Shown here: positions 57,093-64,000 of the stretch, piece after piece
Position numbering within the stretch: position 1 is the stretch's first letter
How the letters are laid out: every line of letters begins with the position of its first letter
DNA from: Candidatus Krumholzibacteriia bacterium
GTDB taxonomy: Bacteria > Krumholzibacteriota > Krumholzibacteriia > LZORAL124-64-63
DNA length: 64,000 nucleotides
Direction: 5' to 3'
Assembly (NCBI GenBank): GCA_046484865.1
Contig: JAWOID010000053.1
Coordinates: forward strand, 12,422-76,421
Program-made: the position numbers and the translations under genes
The notes under the pieces: model-generated
Databases searched by the model: none
Seen by the model: the letters and a program-made list of their open reading frames with translations, nothing else
Told to the model about the DNA's origin: nothing

Positions 57093-57941
57093 TCACTCGG
57101 CCGCGGGGCCCTCCGTCGCCTGGCCCGCGGCTGCAGCCGACGAGGCGGCGCCGCTTCCGGGGCGCGCCTCGGTATCCTCGCCCTCGAGGGTGGCGCTGGG
57201 GGCGGCCGGTTCCGTCTCGGCCGCGGCCATCTCCACGTCGGAGTCCTTGCCCTCGGCCCGCGCGCGCCGTCCCGCCTCGATGGCGTTGGCCACCACCTTG
57301 GCGAAAAGGTTGATGGCGCGAATGGCGTCGTCGTTCCCGGGAATCGGGAAGTCGATATTGGTGGGGTCGGCGTTCGTGTCCACGACGCCGATGACGGGAA
57401 TGCCGAGCTTGTTGGCCTCGCGCACCGCCGTCTCCTCCTCCGCCGTGCCCACCACGAAGACCGCGGCGGGCAGTCCCTTCATCTTGCGGATGCCGCCCAG
57501 GTTCTTGTGCAGCTTCTCGTACGTACGGCTGAACTCCAGCTGCTCCTTCTTGGAGAACTGGCTCATGCGGCCGTCGGCCATCATGGCCTCGATCTCGTCC
57601 AGCTTCTGCACGCTCTTGTAGATCGTCTGGAAATTGGTGAGCATGCCGCCGAGCCAGCGTTCGGTCACGTAGGGCATGTTGCAGCGCTGGGCGTAGTCGC
57701 GCACCGCCACCTTGGCCTGCTTCTTGGTGCCCACGAACAGGACGGTGCCGCCCTTGGCGGACACTTCCTGCAGGAAGTCGCTGGCGCGCTGGATGGCACG
57801 CTGCGTCTTCTGCAGGTCGATGATGTAGATGCCGCCGCGCGCGATGAAGATGTACGGCTTCATCTTGGGGTTCCACTTGCGGGTCTGGTGCCCGAAGTGG
57901 ACGCCTGCCTCGAGCAGGTCCTTCAGTCCGACGCTGGCCAT
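57093..57941 (-). CDS. rpsB: 30S ribosomal protein S2
   Basis: LLEAGVHFGHQTRKWNPKM, LFVGTKKQA, RWLGGMLTNF, DTNADP, PGNDDAIRAI. Confidence 0.98.
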   Translation of the reverse strand: MASVGLKDLLEAGVHFGHQTRKWNPKMKPYIFIARGGIYIIDLQKTQRAIQRASDFLQEVSAKGGTVLFVGTKKQAKVAVRDYAQRCNMPYVTERWLGGMLTNFQTIYKSVQKLDEIEAMMADGRMSQFSKKEQLEFSRTYEKLHKNLGGIRKMKGLPAAVFVVGTAEEETAVREANKLGIPVIGVVDTNADPTNIDFPIPGNDDAIRAINLFAKVVANAIEAGRRARAEGKDSDVEMAAAETEPAAPSATLEGEDTEARPGSGAASSAAAAGQATEGPAAE

Positions 57942-57961
57942 GTCAGCCTCCGATTCTCGAC

Positions 57962-58043
57962 GTGGTTGAGCCTCCCCGGCGTTCCGCGGAGCGGGACAGA
58001 CACCAGCGGTGCCACCGATCCCCTCCTCCGGCCGGGTGCGTGA
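57962..58043 (-). promoter_or_regulatory. Probable rpsB (S2) autoregulatory 5' leader
   Basis: Minus strand CACGCACCCGG...GGTGGC...GAACGCCGGGGAGGCTCAACC resembles the layout of S2 leaders as I recall it; no covariance search was run. Confidence 0.45.
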
Positions 58044-58131
58044 TTCCGGCCCCGCGTGGCGGGGCCGGTCATGATGCGCCTGGCGGACCGGCGGCCGGCG
58101 TGCCGGCGCCGGTCGGGCCGCTCGCCGGCGG

Positions 58132-58518
58132 TTACCGCTTGGAGAACTGGAAGCGCTTGCGGGCGCCCGGCTGCCCGTACTTCTTGCGCTCCACGGCGCG
58201 GCTGTCGCGGGTCAGCAGGCCGCGCTTGCGCAGCGGCCGGCGGAATTCCTCGTTCGCCACCACCAGCGCGCGGGCGATGCCCAGCCGCAGCGCGCCCGCC
58301 TGTCCGGAGATGCCGCCGCCCTTGACGGTGCACCAGACGTCGAAATCGCTCTCGACCCCGGCGGTCTGCAGCGGCATCCTCGCGTGCATGCGCAGCGTCT
58401 CGCGGAAGTAATCGTCGGCCGGCCGCCGGTTCACCATGAACTGGCCGCTGCCCTGGGTCAGCCAGACGCGAGCGACGGACGTCTTGCGGCGACCCGTCGC
58501 ATAGTAACGCTCCTCCAA
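58132..58518 (-). CDS. rpsI: 30S ribosomal protein S9
   Basis: [50 protein letters not shown] start after GGAGGT. Confidence 0.98.
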   Translation of the reverse strand: MEERYYATGRRKTSVARVWLTQGSGQFMVNRRPADDYFRETLRMHARMPLQTAGVESDFDVWCTVKGGGISGQAGALRLGIARALVVANEEFRRPLRKRGLLTRDSRAVERKKYGQPGARKRFQFSKR

Positions 58519-58586
58519 GTTCCACCTCCAGTGGCCCACCGCCGCCAGCCGCCGCCCGGCGGCGCGCCGCGCGCGGTGCGCGATCC

Positions 58587-59021
58587 CTAGCCGGTGATCT
58601 CCATCGTGCGCGGCTGCTGTGCCGCGTGCGGATGCTCCGGGCCTCCGTAGACCCGCAGGTTCGTCAGCAACTTGCGTCCGAGCCGGTTCTTCGGCAGCAT
58701 GCCGCGCACGGCGTGCATGACCACCCGCTCCGGGCGCGTCACCATCAGGGTCCGGACCGGCACGGTCTTCAGTCCGCCCATGTAGTGGGTGTGGTGCCGG
58801 AGGACCTTCTTCTCACGCTTCAGGCCGGTCAGCTTCACGTCGCGCGCATTGACGACGATGACGTTGTCGCCCATGTCCAGGTGCGGCGTGAACGCCGGCT
58901 TGTGCTTGCCGCGCAGGTGGATGGCGACCTGGGTCGCCAGCCGGCCCAGCGGGACGCCGGCCGCGTCGAACACGAGCCAGTCCTTCTGGATCTCGTCCCG
59001 CTTCATCGAGTACGTCTTCAC
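58587..59021 (-). CDS. rplM: 50S ribosomal protein L13
   Basis: W...DA....[41 protein letters not shown] start after GGAGG. Confidence 0.98.
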   Translation of the reverse strand: MKTYSMKRDEIQKDWLVFDAAGVPLGRLATQVAIHLRGKHKPAFTPHLDMGDNVIVVNARDVKLTGLKREKKVLRHHTHYMGGLKTVPVRTLMVTRPERVVMHAVRGMLPKNRLGRKLLTNLRVYGGPEHPHAAQQPRTMEITG

Positions 59022-59185
59022 GGTGTTCAGCCTCCAGCGCCGCGACGCGACGAACCGCGGCGCCCCCGAGCGCTCCGCAGCCATCCGGCAGCAAGACGCA
59101 GCCACCCGACCGCGGCTTCTCCACATCCCGCCCGGGGACGGGTACCCGCAGTCGGCCGGACTGCTCAAGTTCTTCTGTCGCAAGC

Positions 59186-59206
59186 AAAAATGCCGCTCGC
59201 GCGGCA
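59186..59206 (-). terminator. Intrinsic-terminator-like hairpin in the rplM upstream region
   Basis: Minus strand TGCCGC-GCGA-GCGGCA-TTTTT: 6-bp stem, GNRA loop, U-tract. Confidence 0.55.
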
Positions 59207-59238
59207 CACGCCTGCCCGCCGGGAATTCCGGGTCGCAA

Positions 59239-59267
59239 AAGCTAGCAAACTCGCGGCGGAGTGTCAA
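59239..59267 (-). promoter_or_regulatory. Sigma70-type promoter of the rplM-rpsI operon
   Basis: Minus strand TTGACA-N17-TAGCTT with TG upstream of the -10. Confidence 0.75.
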
Positions 59268-59291
59268 GGAGCCCGGCTCCGGCCGGGCCGA

Positions 59292-60491
59292 TCAGCCCAG
59301 CCCGCGCCGCGCCCGCCGGCTCGCCTCCAGGACCGGCCGCAGCGATTCCGCATAGGGCGGCCGCAGCACCCCGTGCTCCGTGACATGGGCCGCGATGAGC
59401 TCGGCCGGGGTCACGTCGAAGGCCGGGTTGTAGCCGTGGACGTGCTCCAGACCCTGCGGCGCCAGGGGCGCGCCCAGGCACGTGAGCACCTCCTGCGGGT
59501 CGCGCTCCTCGATGGGAATGGCGTCGCCGTCGGGGGTGTCGGGGTCGAACGTGGACGCCGGCGCCGCGATGTAGAACGGCACGCCGTGCCGCTGCGCCAG
59601 CACCGCGAGCGGGTAGGTGCCGATCTTGTTGGCGGTGTCGCCGTTGGCGGCCACCCGGTCCGCGCCGGTGATCACGGCGTCGATCTTCCCCTGGCGCAGC
59701 ACCGTGGCGGCGGCCGAGTCCGGGATGACGGTGACGTCGATACCCTGGCTCGCCAGCTCGAGCGCCGTCAGCCGTCCACCCTGCAGCAACGGCCGGGTCT
59801 CGTCGGCGAAGACGCGGACGCGCTTGCCCAGCTCCCTCGCCGCATACACCACCCCCAGCGCGGTGCCGTAACCGCCGGTGGCGAGCCCGCCGGCGTTACA
59901 GTGGGTGAGCACCACGGCGTCGTCCGGCAGCAGCGCCGCGCCGGCCAGGCCCAGGCGCCGGCTCACCTCGAGGTCCTCGGCGAGCACGGCGTCGGCCTCG
60001 CGCTCGAGGGCGGTGGTCACGGCGGCCGCGTCGTCCCCGGCGGCCACGCGGCGTTCCGCCGCCGTCGCCAGACGTTCCAGCGCCCAGAAGAGGTTCACCG
60101 CGGTGGGACGGGTGGCCGCCAGGGCCTCGCGCTCGCGGCGCAGGCGCTCCAGGCAGGCGCCGGGCGTGCCACCCTCGGCGGCGGCCCGCGACCAGGCCAG
60201 CACCAGCCCGTAGGCTGCGGCCACGCCGATCGCCGGCGCTCCGCGCACGGCCAGCTCGCGGATGCCGGTGCAGAGCGTCGGGATGTCGCGGCACTCGCGC
60301 CAGACCAGCTCGCCCGGTAGCCGCGTCTGGTCCAGCAGCACCACGGCGCCGTCACGGAAGCTCACCACCGGGAAGGGAAACGGCAGCTCGATGCGGCTGC
60401 CCGCGCCCGGGCCGCCGCCGTCCGGACGGTCCCCGTCCGCAGGACGGCCTGCGCCTGCGCCGCCGTCCTGACCCGTCCGCTCGTCACTCAT
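59292..60491 (-). CDS. mtnA: S-methyl-5-thioribose-1-phosphate isomerase
   Basis: LDQTRLP, VRGAPAIG, TRPTAVNL, LTHCNAG.LAT, DETRP.LQG.RLT..EL, GADRV..NGDTANKIGTY, NPAFDVTP. Confidence 0.95.
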   Translation of the reverse strand: MSDERTGQDGGAGAGRPADGDRPDGGGPGAGSRIELPFPFPVVSFRDGAVVLLDQTRLPGELVWRECRDIPTLCTGIRELAVRGAPAIGVAAAYGLVLAWSRAAAEGGTPGACLERLRREREALAATRPTAVNLFWALERLATAAERRVAAGDDAAAVTTALEREADAVLAEDLEVSRRLGLAGAALLPDDAVVLTHCNAGGLATGGYGTALGVVYAARELGKRVRVFADETRPLLQGGRLTALELASQGIDVTVIPDSAAATVLRQGKIDAVITGADRVAANGDTANKIGTYPLAVLAQRHGVPFYIAAPASTFDPDTPDGDAIPIEERDPQEVLTCLGAPLAPQGLEHVHGYNPAFDVTPAELIAAHVTEHGVLRPPYAESLRPVLEASRRARRGLG

Positions 60492-61170
60492 GCGCGTCCT
60501 CCGCGACGGCCGCCGGTCCGCGACCGGCAAGGATGGTCCTCAGGCCCTCACCCAGGCGGACCAGCGGCAGCCCCATGACGTTGAAGTAGCAGCCCTCCAG
60601 GCGCCGCACCATCAGGGCGCCGAGGCCCTGGATGCCGTAGGCACCCGCCTTGTCCATCGGTTCGCCGCTGCTCACGTAGCGGCGCAGGGCAGGTTCCGCC
60701 AGCGGCAGGAACTCCACCCGGGTCTCCTCGTGACCCACCCAGCGGGCGTCGGGCGCCCGCGCCACCAGGGCGATCGCCGAGATCACGGTGTGCACGCGGC
60801 CGGAGAGGCGGCGCAACAGCCGCAGGGCATCGTCCTGGTCGCGGGGCTTGCCCAGGAGCTCGCCGTCGAGGACGACCACCGTGTCGGCGCCCAGCACCAG
60901 GCGACCCGGTTTCTGGTGCGAGACCTCCTGCGCCTTGGCCTCGGCCAGCACCCGCGCGTAACGCGCCGGATCGGCTCTCAGTTCCCCGTTGCGGGCGGCC
61001 ACCTCGTCCTCCACGTCGCCCGCGACGATCACCTCGAAGGGCAGCCCGGCCACCGCCAGCAGCTCGGCTCGCCGCGGCGACCGCGAGGCCAGCACCAGCC
61101 GCTCGCCCGGGGGCCAGGGCACGAAGGGGCTGATGACGTGCGGGTCGTTCGGCGCCGGCCGGCCGGTCAT
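60484..61170 (-). CDS. maf: Maf/YhdE-type nucleoside triphosphate pyrophosphatase
   Basis: LVLAS.SPRR.ELL, KA, GADTVV...LGKP, LSGR.H, DKAGAYGIQ, GCYFNVMGLP. Confidence 0.94.
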   Translation of the reverse strand: MTGRPAPNDPHVISPFVPWPPGERLVLASRSPRRAELLAVAGLPFEVIVAGDVEDEVAARNGELRADPARYARVLAEAKAQEVSHQKPGRLVLGADTVVVLDGELLGKPRDQDDALRLLRRLSGRVHTVISAIALVARAPDARWVGHEETRVEFLPLAEPALRRYVSSGEPMDKAGAYGIQGLGALMVRRLEGCYFNVMGLPLVRLGEGLRTILAGRGPAAVAEDAHE

Positions 61171-61625
61171 GTTCCGGCCTCCGGCGCTTCGCGCTCCAGC
61201 AGCAGCGTCACCGGCCCGGCGTTGGTCAGCTCCACGTCCATCATGGCGCCGAAGCGACCCTCGGCCACCTCGGACCAGGTCCGGCGCAGCAGGGACCCGA
61301 ATCGCCGGTACAGCTCGCCGGCGAGCTGCGGCGGCGCCGAACCGACGAAGCTCGGCCGGTTCCCCCTGCGGCAGTCGCCGTAGAGGGTGAACTGCGACAC
61401 CAGCAGGATGCCGCCGCCCACCTCCTGCAGTGAACGATTCATCTTGCCCTCGTCGTCGTCGAAGATCCGCAGCGCCGGCAGCTTGCGGGCCATCCAGGCG
61501 AGTTCGTCCTCCCGATCCGACGGCGCGAACGCCGCCAGGACCACGAGCCCGCGCTCGATGCCGCCCACCACCTCGCCGTCGATGCGCACCCGCGCCCCGG
61601 CGGTACGCTGGACAACGCAGCGCAT
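61167..61625 (-). CDS. dtd: D-aminoacyl-tRNA deacylase
   Basis: MR.VVQR, LRIF.D..GKMN.S, VSQFTL, G.FGA.M.V.L.N.GPVT; follows rel. Confidence 0.96.
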   Translation of the reverse strand: MRCVVQRTAGARVRIDGEVVGGIERGLVVLAAFAPSDREDELAWMARKLPALRIFDDDEGKMNRSLQEVGGGILLVSQFTLYGDCRRGNRPSFVGSAPPQLAGELYRRFGSLLRRTWSEVAEGRFGAMMDVELTNAGPVTLLLEREAPEAGT

Positions 61626-61687
61626 GACTCTCCTCCCTGCGGCGGCGGAGCCCCGCGGTGTCCGCGAAGCAGGCGCCGTTTCGCCGA

Positions 61688-63868
61688 TCAGCCCAGCTGA
61701 TAGCGCTCGATGCGCTCCACGTGCGGGATCTGCTTGATGCGGCGGAGGATGTGCTGGAGGTTGTTCAGGTTGCGCACCTCCACCACCAGGGTGGCGCGCG
61801 CGACCTCGTTCTCGGAGCTGAACTCGCCGCTCTGGATGTTGGCGCCCTCGTCGCTGCACGCCTTGCTGATGTCGGCGAGCAGATTGCGGCGGTCCCGGGC
61901 CATGATGATGAGCTTCACCTGGAACGTCTGGTCCGAGCTGGCGTCCCAGGTCACCTCGATGAGGCGCTCCGGATCCAGGTTGGGATCGTTCAGGTTGGTG
62001 CAGCCGACGCGGTGCACGGTGACGCCGCGGCCGCGGGTGATCACGCCGGTGATCTCGTCGCCGGGGATCGGCTGGCAGCAGCGGGCGAAGTTCACCATCA
62101 GGTTGTCGATGCCCGCCACCCGCACGCCGCCCTTGCTGCGGCGCAGCACCGACTCGTAGAGATCGCGGCCGCGCTGCAGGACATTGCGGTTGGGCTGGGG
62201 CTCCACCGGCAGGAGGCGGTTGATGATCTTCTGGTGCGCCAGCTCGCCGCGCCCCACCGCCGCCAGCATCTTCTCCAGGTCGGAGTAGCCCACCTGCAGG
62301 GCGATCTCGTCCAGGTCGCGGTCCACGTTCAGGCGCAGCTTCTTGCGCTGGAACTCCCGCTCCAGGATGTCGTGGCCCAGCCGCACGCTCTCCTGGAGCT
62401 GGGTGGACTTGATCCAGCGGCGGATGTGGTGCTTGGCGCGCCCCGTCTTGACGATCTCCAGCCAGCTCGTGGAGGGACGCGCGTTCTTGGCCGTGAGGAT
62501 CTCCACCGTGTCCCGGTTCTCGAGCGGCGTGCGCAGGCTCACGATGCGGCCGTTGACCTTGGCTCCCACGCAGTGCAGACCCACCTCCGAGTGGATGCGG
62601 AAGGCGAAGTCGAGCGGCGTGGAGCCGCGGGGAAGCTGGAACAGGTCGCCCGCCGGGCTGAAGACGAACACCTCGTCCTGGAAGAAGTCGATCTTCAGCG
62701 TCTCCATGAACTCGCGCGGGTCGGTGACGTCCTGCTGCCACTCCATGACCTGGCGCAGCCACTTGACCATGCTCACGAAATCGGTCTGGTCGGAACGCCC
62801 CTCCTTGTAGCGCCAGTGGGCGGCGATGCCGATCTCGCTGCGCTCGTGCATCTCGCGCGTGCGGATCTGGACCTCGATGTACTTGCCGCCGGGCACCTTC
62901 ACGGTCGTGTGCAGCGACTGGTACATGTTGGGCTTGGGCGTGGCGATGTAGTCCTTGATCCGGTCCGACAGCGGCGGGTAGATGCTGTGGATCACCCCCA
63001 GCGCGTGGTAGCAGTCGGCCTTGGTGTCGGTGATGATCCGCATCGCCAGCAGGTCGTACATGCGGTCGATGCCGATCTGCTGTTCCCGCATCTTGCGATT
63101 GATGGAGTAGAAGTGCTTGGGACGTCCGGTGATCTCGCAGCGGATGCCCGACCGCGCCAGGGCGTCGGACAGCGGCACCCGGATCTGCTCGATGAGCCGC
63201 TCGCGGTCGGCGCGCGTCTGGTTGATGCCGCTCTCGATCTCGAAGTAGCGCTCCGGCTGCAGCACCTTGAAGGCGCGGTCCTCCAGTTCCCACTTGATCA
63301 TCGCGATGCCGAAGCGATGCGCCAGCGGTGCGTAGACGTCCAGCGTCTCCTGCGCGATCTCCCGCTGCCGCGGCTCCGCCAGGTACTCGATGGTGCGCAT
63401 GTTGTGCAGGCGGTCGGCCAGCTTGATGAGCACGGTGCGGGGATCCTGCGCGATGGAGAGGATCAGCTTGCGGTAATTCTCGGCGCGACGGGCTTCCGGG
63501 TTCGCGGTCCGGATCTCGCTGATCTTGGTGACCCCGTCGACCATGCGGGCCACCTCGGCCCCGAACTCGGTGCCGATGGTGGCCAGCTCGACGTTGGTGT
63601 CTTCCACCACGTCGTGCACGAGGGACGCCACGAGGGTGTCCACGTCGAGACGGAGATCGGCCAGGACGTCCGTGACCGCGATGGCATGGGTGAAGAACGG
63701 TTCGCCGCTGCGCCGCTGCTGGCCGGCGTGAGCGTCGTACGCCAGCCGGAAGGCATGCCAGAGCTTCTCCACGTCCGCGCCGGGGTTGTACTCCAGCACC
63801 TTCGTCACCACGGCGCCCATGGCCGCGTGCAGGCGCTGGTCATCCGGGAGGTGGACGGCCTCGCTCAT
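61688..63868 (-). CDS. rel: Bifunctional (p)ppGpp synthetase/hydrolase (long RSH)
   Basis: H.GQ.R.SGEP, HDVVEDT, KLADRLHNMRT, RIKDYIA.PK.N.YQSLHT, EVQIRT, AAHW.YK, TGS domain, CCQPIPGD, ACT domain. Confidence 0.96.
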   Translation of the reverse strand: MSEAVHLPDDQRLHAAMGAVVTKVLEYNPGADVEKLWHAFRLAYDAHAGQQRRSGEPFFTHAIAVTDVLADLRLDVDTLVASLVHDVVEDTNVELATIGTEFGAEVARMVDGVTKISEIRTANPEARRAENYRKLILSIAQDPRTVLIKLADRLHNMRTIEYLAEPRQREIAQETLDVYAPLAHRFGIAMIKWELEDRAFKVLQPERYFEIESGINQTRADRERLIEQIRVPLSDALARSGIRCEITGRPKHFYSINRKMREQQIGIDRMYDLLAMRIITDTKADCYHALGVIHSIYPPLSDRIKDYIATPKPNMYQSLHTTVKVPGGKYIEVQIRTREMHERSEIGIAAHWRYKEGRSDQTDFVSMVKWLRQVMEWQQDVTDPREFMETLKIDFFQDEVFVFSPAGDLFQLPRGSTPLDFAFRIHSEVGLHCVGAKVNGRIVSLRTPLENRDTVEILTAKNARPSTSWLEIVKTGRAKHHIRRWIKSTQLQESVRLGHDILEREFQRKKLRLNVDRDLDEIALQVGYSDLEKMLAAVGRGELAHQKIINRLLPVEPQPNRNVLQRGRDLYESVLRRSKGGVRVAGIDNLMVNFARCCQPIPGDEITGVITRGRGVTVHRVGCTNLNDPNLDPERLIEVTWDASSDQTFQVKLIIMARDRRNLLADISKACSDEGANIQSGEFSSENEVARATLVVEVRNLNNLQHILRRIKQIPHVERIERYQLG

Positions 63869-63945
63869 GGCGTCGAGGCCGGTCTGATGTCGACCAGCAG
63901 CTGCTGGACCGGGTCATAGGTGCCGTTGCGGGGCCGGAAGGTGCT
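63865..63945 (-). CDS. C-terminal fragment of the upstream gene (possibly recJ), truncated by the terminal fold-back
   Basis: STFRPRNGTYDPVQQLLVDIRPASTP* with ATGA overlap on the rel start. It resembles RecJ C-terminal endings, and recJ commonly precedes rel; only 26 aa are visible. Confidence 0.45.
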   Translation of the reverse strand, partial: STFRPRNGTYDPVQQLLVDIRPASTP

Positions 63946-64000
63946 GTTCGAGCTGGGTCGCAGCACCTTCCGGCCCCGCAACGGCACCTATGACCCGGTC
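63907..64000. repeat. Perfect 40-bp inverted repeat with 14-nt loop running to the window end (probable fold-back artefact)
   Basis: 63907-63946 gaccgggtcataggtgccgttgcggggccggaaggtgctg is the exact reverse complement of 63961-64000. Confidence 0.95.

Noticed and set aside
61167..63293. 708-aa ORF suggesting a large Dtd fusion
   Set aside because: The upstream part overlaps rel in another frame; Dtd starts at 61625 with its own GGGAGGAG RBS.
63907..64000. Hairpin telomere or transposon terminal inverted repeats
   Set aside because: The arms duplicate coding sequence of the gene upstream of rel, there is no transposase or protelomerase, and a 6-bp snap-back explains the structure.

Overview
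A very GC-rich, gene-dense chromosomal region from a diderm bacterium. The phylum is inferred only: FlgD-Ig/T9SS-like and 'TW..LK' C-terminal tags point to an FCB-associated candidate lineage such as Krumholzibacteriota, Latescibacterota or Eisenbacteria. About 52 CDSs are supported; I found no rRNA, tRNA, CRISPR array, integrase or transposase. The left half holds peptide and amino-acid catabolism: M29, M17, M1 and M6 peptidases, a DAACS symporter, three acyl-CoA dehydrogenases, thiolase, hbd, methylmalonyl-CoA epimerase and a carboxyltransferase. It also holds xseAB with an ABC-2 exporter and several secreted unknowns. The right half holds a tight operon (3-POTRA Omp85, TamB, metallopeptidase/beta-propeller/Omp85 fusion, uvrD) followed by the housekeeping block rel-dtd-maf-mtnA-rplM-rpsI-rpsB-tsf-pyrH-frr-uppS-cdsA-dxr-rseP. 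Best candidates for undescribed biology: (1) the two-Omp85 plus TamB operon with a peptidase-bearing Omp85; (2) an aspartase fused to a cNMP-binding domain with a non-canonical phosphate-binding cassette; (3) secreted proteins with two kinds of C-terminal tag; (4) an XseB ending in an SSB-tail-like motif. The last 94 bp form a perfect 40-bp fold-back that is most likely a library or assembly artefact. All family calls come from motif recognition by eye, with no database searches. Several start codons were moved from the ORF track on RBS or homology grounds.
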